Positions 29,663 through 39,963 of a stretch of 64,000 bases of DNA are shown piece after piece. The stretch spans positions 18,283 through 82,282 of the forward strand of contig CAZSUC010000002.1 in the NCBI GenBank assembly GCA_964610055.1. Direction: 5' to 3'. Numbering within the stretch: position 1 is the first letter of the stretch; each line of letters begins with the position of its first letter. The position numbers and the translations under genes are program-made. This stretch comes from an uncultured Candidatus Saccharibacteria bacterium. Lineage in GTDB: Bacteria; Patescibacteriota; Andersenbacteria; UBA10190. Under the pieces are notes generated by a model. The model was not told the origin of the DNA. It did not search any database and saw only the letters and a program-made list of their open reading frames with translations.

Positions 29663-30061
29663 TCAGTGGTGTCCACAGCGGCAGCCTTTGGGAGTGATAT
29701 AGCCGTCGAAGTATTCGGATCCGTAATGATAAGTTAGTTCAGTGCCAGCGGGGATGTCGGTAATTGCGTAAACGAAAAGACGGCGACCGTCTTGTTCGAC
29801 TTCACAGTTAGGTTGGCATGAGTGATTGAGGTAACGAGCGATGTTTTGACGGTGGCTACCATCAATGGTGCGATGGTCGTCTAAAGCAAATAAATATTTT
29901 CCGCCGGCTTTTTCAGCGGCAGCGTTGGATAAAATTGGTCCATAGTATTCAATAACAAAATCATCTTTTTTGATAGGGCTTTGCGAGAAAAGGCCTAAGC
30001 CGGATAGTCCGCGTTTAACTACGAGCTGGTGTTTGGATGGCCGAGGGTAACGATAAGGCAT
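29663..30061 (-). CDS. SET-domain protein (putative protein-lysine methyltransferase)
   Basis: RYLNHSCQPNC and ELTYHYG SET signatures plus C-terminal CRCGHH post-SET-like Cys cluster; 132 aa. Confidence 0.7.
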   Translation of the reverse strand: MPYRYPRPSKHQLVVKRGLSGLGLFSQSPIKKDDFVIEYYGPILSNAAAEKAGGKYLFALDDHRTIDGSHRQNIARYLNHSCQPNCEVEQDGRRLFVYAITDIPAGTELTYHYGSEYFDGYITPKGCRCGHH

Positions 30062-30095
30062 AGTTTAAGATAGTAAATTAAAGTATGATTATAAT

Positions 30096-30575
30096 ATGAA
30101 AACGGAAAAGAGCCAGGGGTCGATAACTCTGATGGTGTTAGTCATGTTGTTGGTGTTTGGATTAATTTTTGGAACGATAGCGGCTTTGATTAGTCGCCAG
30201 GCCAACCAGATTTCTGATCAGGAGGAAAATGAGCAGGTCGCTGGGTTGGCTGATGCTGGGGTTCAGTATGCATTCTGGTTGCTAAAAATATCCACTCAAG
30301 GAGGCGGTATAACACCGGAAAGTTTGTGTACTAATCCTCCATCTGGGGCAAGTGAGCATATGATTTTAGATGAACAAGGGGTGGAGCTAGGATATTTTGA
30401 TTTAGATTTTGTGTCGTGTAGTGATGAATATGTGCAAGTTAATTCCTGGGGGTTTGATGAGAGTAAGAGTGATATCTGTCAATTGATTGTGGCAGAGTTT
30501 GAGAAAACTCAAGAAGGTTCATTTGTGAGAACAGGCTGGAATGCGAAATCAGGAGTTGACTGTCCGAATAACTAA
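30096..30575 (+). CDS. type IV pilus minor pilin-like / PilX N-terminal-like protein
   Basis: N-terminus KSQGSITLMVLVMLLVFGLIFGTIAAL resembles PilX_N hydrophobic segment; remainder unassigned. Confidence 0.4.
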   Translation: MKTEKSQGSITLMVLVMLLVFGLIFGTIAALISRQANQISDQEENEQVAGLADAGVQYAFWLLKISTQGGGITPESLCTNPPSGASEHMILDEQGVELGYFDLDFVSCSDEYVQVNSWGFDESKSDICQLIVAEFEKTQEGSFVRTGWNAKSGVDCPNN

Positions 30576-30578
30576 AAT

Positions 30579-31826
30579 TTATTCGTAGCGTAAGGCTTCG
30601 ATTGGATCTTTACGGGCAGCAGCGCGAGCCGGGTAAATGCCAAAAACTAAGCCGACGAGAGTAGCGGTGCCAACTCCGAGTAAAATGGCGTTAAGTGGGA
30701 AACTGGTTGGCCAATCGAGTCCAAATTGAGTACGAACGACATAAGCCACTAACCAAGAAATGCCAAGAGCAAGAGAAGTGCCTAGAATGCCACCGGAAGC
30801 GGTCAGGATGGTAGCTTCTAAGAGGAATTGGCGCATGATGTCGTTGTTTGTAGCACCAACAGTTTTGCGAAGACCAATTTCACGAGTACGTTCCGTAACT
30901 GAAACCAGCATAATATTCATAATACCGACGCCGGCAACTAACAGTGAAATAGCGGCAATTGAGACTAAGAAAATAGTTAGGATATTTGTGATAGTACTGA
31001 CGCGCGTAGCAATATCAGCTTGAGTCATGACTGAAAAATCGTCTTTAGTGGTATCAGTAATATTATGTTCTTCGCGCAAAGTTAAGCGCACGTCTTGGGC
31101 AACCTGTTCGGCATTAGCATCATCATTGGTTTGAATTAAAACTTCGTTGAAATAATCAATTCCCATGATATCTTTTTGGGCAGTGGAATAGGGAATTAAA
31201 GCAAGTTTATCAACATTTAAAAATGATACTTGGCCAGTTTTAGGAAAAGTACCGACAACTTTTAAACGAGTGTTTTTAATTGTGACAAATTGTCCAATTG
31301 CGTCAATGTTACCGAAAAGATCTTGTTTGACTTGATAACCAAGGACAACTACTTTAGATCGTTGTTTGATGTCGTCTTGAGTGAATAAAAAACCTTGGTC
31401 GGGATATAGATCGAGCATAGTAGCTAAAGCTTCAGCATCGTACCCGATTGTTAGAGGACGGGCGATGGCATCGCGATAGGACATGCTGCCGGAAACAATA
31501 ACTTCAGGAATAATGTTTTGAACGTTCGGTACGTTAGCGGGGCGACTAAGGGCATCAATATCGGAGCTGGTGATGGAGTCGGAGAAAAGAGCGCTAGTAA
31601 AATCGGATGGGCCTTCGGCTTGACGTCCGGGTTCAATCATAACGACATTACCACCAAAGGCGCGAACTTCATTGAGAATCACTTCTCGTGAACTTTGGCC
31701 TAAGGCGACGACTAAGACGATGGCGAGGACACCAATCACAATGCCGAGAATAGTGAGAAGAGAGCGAACTAAATTATCGCGAAGGGCGCGGAAAGAAATT
31801 GTAATTGTGTCGCGCAGCTGAATCAT
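30579..31826 (-). CDS. ABC transporter permease, FtsX/MacB type (second copy)
   Basis: same architecture as 24266..25486; C-terminal PIEALRYE. Confidence 0.8.
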   Translation of the reverse strand: MIQLRDTITISFRALRDNLVRSLLTILGIVIGVLAIVLVVALGQSSREVILNEVRAFGGNVVMIEPGRQAEGPSDFTSALFSDSITSSDIDALSRPANVPNVQNIIPEVIVSGSMSYRDAIARPLTIGYDAEALATMLDLYPDQGFLFTQDDIKQRSKVVVLGYQVKQDLFGNIDAIGQFVTIKNTRLKVVGTFPKTGQVSFLNVDKLALIPYSTAQKDIMGIDYFNEVLIQTNDDANAEQVAQDVRLTLREEHNITDTTKDDFSVMTQADIATRVSTITNILTIFLVSIAAISLLVAGVGIMNIMLVSVTERTREIGLRKTVGATNNDIMRQFLLEATILTASGGILGTSLALGISWLVAYVVRTQFGLDWPTSFPLNAILLGVGTATLVGLVFGIYPARAAARKDPIEALRYE

Positions 31827-32537
31827 TTATTTGTGATAAGTGTTATTAGGATTGAATTTATTAGGAGAATCACTAGCGATACGTCCATCGCGCATTTCAA
31901 TAATGCGTTGAGCGTATTGAGCGGTGGGGGTTTCATGAGTAATTAGAATAATGGTGTGACCTTGCTGGTGAAGACGTGCAATTGTATCCATAACAATAGC
32001 GCCGGTGCGTGAGTCGAGATTTCCCGTTGGTTCATCGGCTAAGATTAGGCGAGGTTCATTAATAAGAGCACGGGCAATGGCCGCTCGTTGCTTTTCGCCA
32101 CCGGAGAGTTGGGTGGGGCGATGATGGAGTCGATGAGACATTTCAACTTGAGCTAGGGCGGCTTGAGCGCGACTAACATATTCGCGTGAACGAACAGAAG
32201 AATATTGCAAAGGTAAAATAACGTTTTCTAAAACGGTTGAATGAGGAAGTAAATGAAATGATTGGAAAACGAAGCCAATGCGTTGGTTACGAATTAGCGC
32301 TAGTTCTTGGTCGGTTAAGGTAGAGGTGTCTTGATTGTCGAACAAGTATTGTCCAGAAGTGGGTCGACTGAGGAGGCCGAGAATTTGAAGAAGAGTGGAT
32401 TTACCGGAGCCACTAGCACCCATGATAGAAACAAATTCACCGGCTTCAATGTGAAAAGTGGCATGGTCAAGAGCGGTAACAGCAGCTTCATCCATGCCGT
32501 AAACCTTGCGCAGGGCAGAGCATTGAATGAGGGGCAT
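31827..32537 (-). CDS. ABC transporter ATP-binding protein (second copy)
   Basis: [35 protein letters not shown]. Confidence 0.9.
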   Translation of the reverse strand: MPLIQCSALRKVYGMDEAAVTALDHATFHIEAGEFVSIMGASGSGKSTLLQILGLLSRPTSGQYLFDNQDTSTLTDQELALIRNQRIGFVFQSFHLLPHSTVLENVILPLQYSSVRSREYVSRAQAALAQVEMSHRLHHRPTQLSGGEKQRAAIARALINEPRLILADEPTGNLDSRTGAIVMDTIARLHQQGHTIILITHETPTAQYAQRIIEMRDGRIASDSPNKFNPNNTYHK

Positions 32538-32545
32538 AGACTGAA

Positions 32546-33823
32546 TTAAGGAGTGTTAACGTCTGGATCAATTACCAGAGGGTCGTTTTCGTTTAATCCA
32601 CTAGTAACTTCAGCTAAACCATTGGAACCATATAGGCCGATAGTAACTGAGTGAGAAACGGGCACGTTATTTTCTAAGACATAAACGTAAGTACCGGTAT
32701 TATCAGTGTGAATAGCGCGACGGGGGATGGCGAGGGTGTGGGAATGTTCAGCAACATGGACTTCAATGTTAGCGGTAAACCCAGCTTTAAGCTCAGAAGG
32801 TTGATTAGGAAGTTTAAGTTTTACTTCGTAAGTTGGAACTCCTTCGGTAAGAGTGGCTGAAGGAGAAATATAGGTAATTTCTGCAGAATATTCTTGATTA
32901 ATAGGCAGGGCATCAAAAGTAATAGTGGCGGATTGATTAGCTGCTAGGCTAGCAGCATCAGTTTCCGGAACCATGGCACTGATTTCCAGATTGGTTAAAT
33001 CAGCAAAAGTCATGACAGGGACAGTGGCAGTGATAATTTCGCCAATTTCGTTATCAATAGCTGTGACAGTGCCGTCAAAAGGAGCGCGAAGAATACTTTT
33101 AGATAATTTAACTTCAGCGAGAGAACGAGCGGCTGATAAGCTAGATAAACCCGAGGTATTACTAGCAGCTTGAAGAGTGGCTTGGTATTGAGCAGCGGCA
33201 AGATCAACGGCATGAGAAGCAGTTTCATTGGATTGAGAAATTGTTTTTTCGGATTGAGCTAGGGTCTCTTGGGCGGCATGATAGGCGGATTCAGCAGTGA
33301 GAACGGCAGCGTAAGCGGTTTTAGCAGTGCTAGAATATTCGTCGTATTCTCGCAAAATTTGTAAATACAATTCTTTTTGTTGATCAAGAGCCTTTTTGGT
33401 ATCTCGAACTGTCTGACGTTTAGTTTCCAGCGCTTGAGCATTCGTGGTTTTAGTATTATTCCAATCTTCTTCAGCTTGGCGCCAGGCTAACAAAGCTTGT
33501 TCGGTGGTGCTGGCTTGATTGGCATTGGCTTGCGCGAGTTCAAGTTGAGCGGCCTGATCATCGAGGTAAGCCAAGACGGTACCAGCAGTAACAGTTTGTC
33601 CGGCGGCAACTGGTAAAGCGGTGAGGGTGCCACCATACTCGAATCCTAGAGCAACTTCATTGATAGGCTGAAGGCGACCAGTAAAACTAATATCTTGGGT
33701 GACAGTCTCATAGCTAACAAGGCTAGTTTCAATGGTTTGATCGGAAGATTGACCGCGACTCATGAAAAAGACGACAAGACCGATAAGAACGCAGGCACCA
33801 ATAATCCACCAAAGTTTTTTCAT
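32546..33823 (-). CDS. HlyD-family periplasmic adaptor (second copy)
   Basis: N-terminal TM anchor, coiled-coil, beta-barrel; paralog of 26202..27644. Confidence 0.75.
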   Translation of the reverse strand: MKKLWWIIGACVLIGLVVFFMSRGQSSDQTIETSLVSYETVTQDISFTGRLQPINEVALGFEYGGTLTALPVAAGQTVTAGTVLAYLDDQAAQLELAQANANQASTTEQALLAWRQAEEDWNNTKTTNAQALETKRQTVRDTKKALDQQKELYLQILREYDEYSSTAKTAYAAVLTAESAYHAAQETLAQSEKTISQSNETASHAVDLAAAQYQATLQAASNTSGLSSLSAARSLAEVKLSKSILRAPFDGTVTAIDNEIGEIITATVPVMTFADLTNLEISAMVPETDAASLAANQSATITFDALPINQEYSAEITYISPSATLTEGVPTYEVKLKLPNQPSELKAGFTANIEVHVAEHSHTLAIPRRAIHTDNTGTYVYVLENNVPVSHSVTIGLYGSNGLAEVTSGLNENDPLVIDPDVNTP

Positions 33824-33918
33824 ATGTATAAAGTACCTTAAGAAGGCTGAATTACGCTAGGGTAAGTGAGAGTTATTTTTTTGACTAAATAAATAAAACA
33901 TGTGTTAATAAGAATATT

Positions 33919-34629
33919 ATGAAAATTAGAAAATCAGGGATAATTGGAATCATGATAGTGGTGGTTGTCGGAGTGAGTGTCAGTTTATTGATGAGAGAAA
34001 AAGAAGAGCTGGATTTACAAGAGGAAAGAGGGGTATTACCTGTAGCGTCTTCCTTGGTAAAAGTGGTAGGGCAAACAGTGGTCCCGAGGCCGCAAATTTT
34101 ATTTGTTGGTCCGCGAGAAAATATTCCGGAAGATGCACCGACAGCTTATGGTTTTTGGTCGTTTGCGATACCAGTAACCAATGTCTTATCTCGTTCCGGA
34201 CAGCCCCTAATTGGAGAATTTGAGTGGTTGCGAGAGAATGGCTGGCAAAGTGTAATTGACCTTAGAACGGATGGGGAGCGTGACGAGGTGGGTGATGACG
34301 CGAAAATTTCGGGATTTAATGAATTAGGATTTACGTATAAATATATGCCAATAATTGATGGTCATCCGCCAACGGAAGAACAGGCGATGGAATTTTTACA
34401 ATTTGTCACAAATCCGGTCAATCAGCCGGTGCATATTCATTGTCGAGGGGGGATTGGTAGGACGGGAACATTGGTTGCCTTGTATCGTTACGCTATACAG
34501 AGTTGGCCGATGGAACAGGCAATTGAGGAGTCACGGGCTTTTCAGGGAGGAGTGAGCACGTTGCAAGAACCATGGCTATTGGAATGGGCACAGACGCATG
34601 CGCCAGGTGAATATGGGGCAAGTAAATAA
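33919..34629 (+). CDS. membrane-anchored protein tyrosine / dual-specificity phosphatase
   Basis: N-terminal TM helix; active-site HIHCRGGIGRTG (CX5R P-loop). Confidence 0.65.
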   Translation: MKIRKSGIIGIMIVVVVGVSVSLLMREKEELDLQEERGVLPVASSLVKVVGQTVVPRPQILFVGPRENIPEDAPTAYGFWSFAIPVTNVLSRSGQPLIGEFEWLRENGWQSVIDLRTDGERDEVGDDAKISGFNELGFTYKYMPIIDGHPPTEEQAMEFLQFVTNPVNQPVHIHCRGGIGRTGTLVALYRYAIQSWPMEQAIEESRAFQGGVSTLQEPWLLEWAQTHAPGEYGASK

Positions 34630-34639
34630 GGGCGAATAA

Positions 34640-35632
34640 ATGGCTATGGGAAACGTGTGGAGTGAGTTGTCGCGAAAAAAACCTTTTTTGGCATTGGCAC
34701 CAATGTATGACGTAACGGATGTATCTTTTCGAGAAGTGGTAGCCGAAGCAGCAGCACCGGACGTGTTTTTTACAGAATTTGTTAATTGTGAAGCTTTGCA
34801 GTCGGCAAGAGGTCGGGCAGTGCATCTATCGAAATTGAAATTTACTGAGAAGCAAAGGCCGGTTATTGCGCAGATTTGGGGAGTAAATCCGGATTCTTAT
34901 TTTAAAACAGCACAATTGATTCGTGGATTGGGATTAGATGGGATTGATATTAATATGGGGTGTCCAGAGAAGTCGGTTATGAAAATTGGAGCAGGATCAG
35001 CTTTAATTGGCCAATATGGATTAGTGGCAGAAATTTTACAGGCGACCCGTGAAGGGGCACAGGAATTACCAGTTAGTGTGAAGACAAGGATAGGTGTTAA
35101 GACGATAGTTACTGATGATTGGATAGGCTGGTTATTAGAACAAAAATTGCCGGCGTTAACAATTCATGGTCGGACAGCTCGAGAAATGTCGGATGTTCCG
35201 GCTCATTGGGATGAGATTAAGCGGTCAGTGGAGTTACGCAATAAAAAACAAGTAGAAACGTTGATAGTTGGTAACGGAGACGTGCGTAATGCTAAGGAGG
35301 CACAAGTAATAGCACGTGAATTCGAAGTTGATGGTGTTATGATTGGGCGAGGAATATTTCAGGATTTGTATGTGTTTGACCAAATAAAGCGATGGGATGA
35401 GGAGGCCGTGCAAAAGAAAATCCAATGGTTAAAACGTCACATTGTATGTTTTGAGCAATACAGGGATGAATATCGTAATTATGAAGTTATGAAAAAATTT
35501 GTGAAAATATATTTAAATGGGTTTCCGCAAGCAAAAATAATGAGAGAGGAAGCTATGCGAGCTAGCGGATTAAGGGAGTTGAAGGAGATAGTTGATAGGT
35601 TGGAAAAAGAGGTATTGCATTCCAATAGTTAG
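34640..35632 (+). CDS. tRNA-dihydrouridine synthase (Dus family)
   Basis: LAPMYDVTDVSFR and IDINMGCPEKSV...GAGSALI match Dus FMN-binding TIM barrel. Confidence 0.85.
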   Translation: MAMGNVWSELSRKKPFLALAPMYDVTDVSFREVVAEAAAPDVFFTEFVNCEALQSARGRAVHLSKLKFTEKQRPVIAQIWGVNPDSYFKTAQLIRGLGLDGIDINMGCPEKSVMKIGAGSALIGQYGLVAEILQATREGAQELPVSVKTRIGVKTIVTDDWIGWLLEQKLPALTIHGRTAREMSDVPAHWDEIKRSVELRNKKQVETLIVGNGDVRNAKEAQVIAREFEVDGVMIGRGIFQDLYVFDQIKRWDEEAVQKKIQWLKRHIVCFEQYRDEYRNYEVMKKFVKIYLNGFPQAKIMREEAMRASGLRELKEIVDRLEKEVLHSNS

Positions 35633-35655
35633 TTTTTCCCTGCTATAGTAGAGCT

Positions 35656-37107
35656 ATGGAAGAAAAACCACGTCGGCGTAAGCAGACAAAAGTAGTATGT
35701 ACGATGGGGCCGGCATCGGAGACGGTTGAGTTAATGAAAGAGATGGTGGCGGCGGGTATGAACGTGTGCCGATTGAATTTTTCTCACGGGACATATGAAC
35801 ATCATCAGATGTTGCTTGATAATATTCGAGCGGTAAGTGCGGAAACGAATGTGCCGTTGGCGATTATGGCGGATTTGCAGGGACCCCGAATTAGAACAGG
35901 ACTACTACCAGAACAAGGCGTGTTGGTGAAAGTTGGTGAAACAGTCACGCTGTCGGCGGAAGCTAAAGAATATAAGGATGAAATTGTGCCGGTAACTTAT
36001 GGGGATTTGTATCGTGATTTAACAAAAGGCGAACGGGTATACATTGACGATGCGTTAGTGGTGCTCATGGTGAGAGAGATCGAAAAGAAGAAAATTGTAT
36101 GTGATGTTTTGCAAGGTGGGACGATTACAACGCATAGGGGGATGAATTTTCCAGATTCAAAACTGCGGATTGAGACGATTACTGCAAAAGATAAACAGGA
36201 TTTAAAGTTTGCAATTCAGCAGAACGTAGATTATGTCGCATTGTCGTTTGTGGCGGGAGCAAAAGATGTGTATGACCTGAAATATCTGATCAAGGAATTC
36301 GCGGAGAAGCGTGATGAAGATGAGCGTTCCGGAATCATGGTGATTGCAAAGATTGAGAGGCGGGAGGCAGTAGAAAATATCGATGAGATTATTGAGGCGG
36401 CCGATGGGATTATGGTGGCGCGAGGTGATTTGGGGATTGAATTAGCGCCAGAGGATGTGCCGTTGTATCAAAGAGAGTTAGTGGACAAATGCTTAGCAGC
36501 GGCAAAGCCGGTAATTATTGCAACGCAAATGTTGGATTCAATGACACGAAATCCAAGGCCAACCCGAGCGGAAGTATCGGATGTTGCTAATGCGGTGATT
36601 AATCATACTGATGCCATGATGTTGTCAGCAGAGTCAGCCACAGGGGCGCACCCGGTGGCGGCAGTGCAAACAATGACCCGGATTGCTATGACGACCGAGG
36701 AATCGGAGTATGACGATTTAGTGGTGCAGGAATCATTGCAGCGATTACCAATTGATATGGCTGTTAGCCAAGTCGCACATATTTTAGCGGGTAGTGTGCA
36801 GGCAAAGTTAATTTTAGTAGCTTCTTTATCCGGAAACACAGCGCGGGTAGTGTGTCGCTATCGGCCGGAATTACCGATTTTTGCAACAACGGATAGTGAG
36901 CGAGTATATCGGCAATTAAACTTATCCTGGGGAGTAGTGCCGTTTGTATTGCCGACATGTAAGACGGTTGAAGAGTTAGTTGATCGCTCGATCGGATATC
37001 TAAAGAAGGAGAAACAAGTGGAGATTAGTGATAAAATTATTGTGATTGCAGGTGATCCAGTGGGAAGCAGTGGAGTTAATCTGGTTGAGATTAGAGAAAT
37101 AAAATAA
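35656..37107 (+). CDS. pyk: pyruvate kinase
   Basis: N-terminus TKVVCTMGPASE, MVARGDLGIE active-site region, ~483 aa. Confidence 0.9.
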   Translation: MEEKPRRRKQTKVVCTMGPASETVELMKEMVAAGMNVCRLNFSHGTYEHHQMLLDNIRAVSAETNVPLAIMADLQGPRIRTGLLPEQGVLVKVGETVTLSAEAKEYKDEIVPVTYGDLYRDLTKGERVYIDDALVVLMVREIEKKKIVCDVLQGGTITTHRGMNFPDSKLRIETITAKDKQDLKFAIQQNVDYVALSFVAGAKDVYDLKYLIKEFAEKRDEDERSGIMVIAKIERREAVENIDEIIEAADGIMVARGDLGIELAPEDVPLYQRELVDKCLAAAKPVIIATQMLDSMTRNPRPTRAEVSDVANAVINHTDAMMLSAESATGAHPVAAVQTMTRIAMTTEESEYDDLVVQESLQRLPIDMAVSQVAHILAGSVQAKLILVASLSGNTARVVCRYRPELPIFATTDSERVYRQLNLSWGVVPFVLPTCKTVEELVDRSIGYLKKEKQVEISDKIIVIAGDPVGSSGVNLVEIREIK

Positions 37108-37134
37108 ACGTAATTATTAAAAATATTTAAAACT

Positions 37135-39525
37135 ATGGCAGACCAAGCAACCATAATGTGGTTTAAGGATATAACTATTAAAGATGTACCGCTGGTCGGA
37201 GGAAAGAATGCTTCCTTGGGTGAAATGTATCAAAAATTGACACCGCAGGGAGCGCGAGTTCCAAATGGGTTTGCTGTGACTGCTTATGCGTACGAAAGGT
37301 TTTTAAAAGAAGCAGGGATTAGAGAGAAAGTGAAGGAAATTGTGGAAGGGGCGGATAATAATGATGTGGATGACTTGAAGCGGCGGGGTGCAAAAATTCG
37401 GCAGATTATTTTAGAAGCGAATTATCCGACTGATATTGAGAAAGAAATTGTGGAGGCATATAAATGGTTAAGTGAAGAGTGTGGAGCGAAAGAAGTGGAT
37501 GTAGCAGTGCGATCGTCGGCGACAGCAGAAGATGCGCCGGATGCGTCGTTTGCTGGACAGCAGGAAACTTATTTAAATATCAGCGGTCCAGAACAATTGA
37601 TTCTGGCATGTAAGCGATGTATGTCGTCATTGTTTACTGATCGCTCAATTTCGTATCGAATTGATAAAAAGATTAGTTTGTTTGATGTGGCTTTGTCGGT
37701 CACGATACAGAAAATGGTGAGGTCGGATGTAGGAGCGTCAGGGGTTATGTTTACGATTGATCCGGAATCTGGATTTAAGAATGTCGTGGTGATTAATGCT
37801 GCTTATGGGTTGGGAGAAAATGTAGTAAAAGGTGCCGTGACACCAGATGAATATTTTGTGCATAAAGAACTATTAGCAAAAGGATTTAGACCAATTGTGG
37901 GCAAGACACTGGGGTTAAAAGACAAAGCGATGGTATACACTGACAATCCAAAATCGCCGACAAAAAATGTAAAGGTAGAAGAAGAGCGACGAGTTCAATT
38001 CGCTTTGACGGACGATGAAATTTTAGAGATGGCTAAGTTTGGCATGATGATTGAGGCGCATTATGCGCGGCCGATGGATATTGAGTGGGCGAAGGATGGT
38101 GAAGATGGAAAGCTGTACATTGTGCAAGCGCGTCCGGAAACAATTCATGCTCAGCAGAGTGATTTAGAATATGAGGAGTATTTCTTAGATAAAAAGAGTG
38201 AGCCAATTTTAGAAGGAGCAGCGATTGGAGCTAAGATTGGCCAAGGCAAGGTAAAGGCAATTTTAGATGTGAAGGACATGGATACGTTTGAGCCAGGAGA
38301 GGTGTTGGTGACTGATATGACGGATCCGGATTGGGAACCAGTAATGCGAGTGGCAAAAGCGATTGTAACGGATAGTGGTGGACGAACGTGTCACGCGGCG
38401 ATTGTGTCGCGTGAGTTAGGGATACCGTGTGTGGTTGGCACCGGTGAGGCAACGAGTAAGCTAAAAGATGGACAAGAAGTAACAGTGAGTTGTGCAGAAG
38501 GAGAGTCTGGGCATGTGTATGATGGATTGCTGCCAATTCGTAAAGAGACGATCAATCTAAAAACTTTTCAGAAACCAAAAACGAAAGTGATGATGAATAT
38601 TGGAGTACCGCGAGAAGCGTTTGCGACAGCATTTATTCCCAATGAAGGAGTGGGGTTGGCACGTGAGGAGTTTATTATTGCGAACTTTATTAAGATTCAT
38701 CCCTTGGCATTGATGCAGTTTGCAGACTTAAAAGATACAGAGGCGCGGGCGCAAATTGAAAAATTGACGGCAGGATATGATGATAAGGCGCAGTATTTTG
38801 TGGATCAACTAGCTTGGGGAATGGGACGGATTGCCGCTGCGTTTTATCCTAAAGATGTGATTGTGCGTATGAGTGATTTTAAAACGAATGAATATGCGAC
38901 TTTGATAGGAGGAAAGCAGTTTGAGCCGGAAGAACATAATCCGATGATTGGGTGGAGAGGAGCTTCTCGATATTACGATCCGAAATATGAAGCAGCTTTT
39001 CGATTGGAATGCAAGGCATTTAAAAAATTAAGAGATGAAATGGGGTTTGCGAACGTTAAAATTATGGTGCCGTTTTGTCGAACAATTGCGGAAGGCAAGA
39101 AGGTGCTGGAGATCATGAAAGAAGAAGGTTTAGAGCAAGGCAAAAATGAATTAGAAGTATATGTAATGGTTGAGATTCCGGCGAATGTGATACTAGCGGA
39201 TCAGTTTGCTGAGTTATTTGATGGTTTCTCAATTGGAACAAATGATTTAACGCAGTTAACTTTAGGCGTTGATCGAGATTCGGCAATTGTGAGTCATGTA
39301 TACGATGAACAAAACGAAGCCGTTAAGATTTTAGTCAAAAGAACGATTGAGGCGGCGAAGAAAGCAAAGATTAAAGTTGGGATTTGCGGCGATGCGCCCT
39401 CGACGTTTCCTGAGTTTGCACAGTTTTTGGTAGAAAACGGGATTGATTCGATCTCGCTGACACCGGATGCGGTTTTGCCAACGACGTTGAAGATTTTGGA
39501 AGAAGAGAAGAAAATAGGGTTATAG
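37135..39525 (+). CDS. ppsA: phosphoenolpyruvate synthase (pyruvate, water dikinase)
   Basis: N-terminal VPLVGGKNASLGEMY, phospho-His region GGRTCHAAIVSRELGIPCVVG, ~796 aa three-domain layout. Confidence 0.9.
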   Translation: MADQATIMWFKDITIKDVPLVGGKNASLGEMYQKLTPQGARVPNGFAVTAYAYERFLKEAGIREKVKEIVEGADNNDVDDLKRRGAKIRQIILEANYPTDIEKEIVEAYKWLSEECGAKEVDVAVRSSATAEDAPDASFAGQQETYLNISGPEQLILACKRCMSSLFTDRSISYRIDKKISLFDVALSVTIQKMVRSDVGASGVMFTIDPESGFKNVVVINAAYGLGENVVKGAVTPDEYFVHKELLAKGFRPIVGKTLGLKDKAMVYTDNPKSPTKNVKVEEERRVQFALTDDEILEMAKFGMMIEAHYARPMDIEWAKDGEDGKLYIVQARPETIHAQQSDLEYEEYFLDKKSEPILEGAAIGAKIGQGKVKAILDVKDMDTFEPGEVLVTDMTDPDWEPVMRVAKAIVTDSGGRTCHAAIVSRELGIPCVVGTGEATSKLKDGQEVTVSCAEGESGHVYDGLLPIRKETINLKTFQKPKTKVMMNIGVPREAFATAFIPNEGVGLAREEFIIANFIKIHPLALMQFADLKDTEARAQIEKLTAGYDDKAQYFVDQLAWGMGRIAAAFYPKDVIVRMSDFKTNEYATLIGGKQFEPEEHNPMIGWRGASRYYDPKYEAAFRLECKAFKKLRDEMGFANVKIMVPFCRTIAEGKKVLEIMKEEGLEQGKNELEVYVMVEIPANVILADQFAELFDGFSIGTNDLTQLTLGVDRDSAIVSHVYDEQNEAVKILVKRTIEAAKKAKIKVGICGDAPSTFPEFAQFLVENGIDSISLTPDAVLPTTLKILEEEKKIGL

Positions 39526-39532
39526 TAAGGAT

Positions 39533-39955
39533 ATGGTTGATTGGGTTATTTACGCTTTATTGTCAGCGGCTTCAGCAGCTTTGGTCGCGGTTTTTGGCAA
39601 AATTGGAATGGGGGAAGTTGATTCGACGTTAGCGACGGCGGTGCGAGCTGTGATTATGGCGACGTTCTTGGCGATGGTGGCGATAGTATTGGGCAAGCAT
39701 CATTTACTAACAAGTATTAATGGTAAGGCCTTAGGGTTTATTGCTTTATCGGGGGTGGCAGGAGCGGTTTCATGGTTATTTTACTTTGTGGCATTAAAGA
39801 CTGGGCCGGCGACAGGAGTGGCAGCACTGGATCGGTTGAGCGTGGTATTTGTAGTTTTATTTGCTGCCTTGTTTCTGGCGGAGAAGTTAACCTGGCAAAC
39901 AGCAAGTGGGGCAGTGTTACTGACGATAGGAGCGTTGTTAATGACAATTAAGTAA
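39533..39955 (+). CDS. small EamA-like (DMT superfamily) 4-TM membrane protein
   Basis: 140 aa, four TM helices, single EamA-like half domain. Confidence 0.55.
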   Translation: MVDWVIYALLSAASAALVAVFGKIGMGEVDSTLATAVRAVIMATFLAMVAIVLGKHHLLTSINGKALGFIALSGVAGAVSWLFYFVALKTGPATGVAALDRLSVVFVVLFAALFLAEKLTWQTASGAVLLTIGALLMTIK

Positions 39956-39963
39956 ATGATGGC

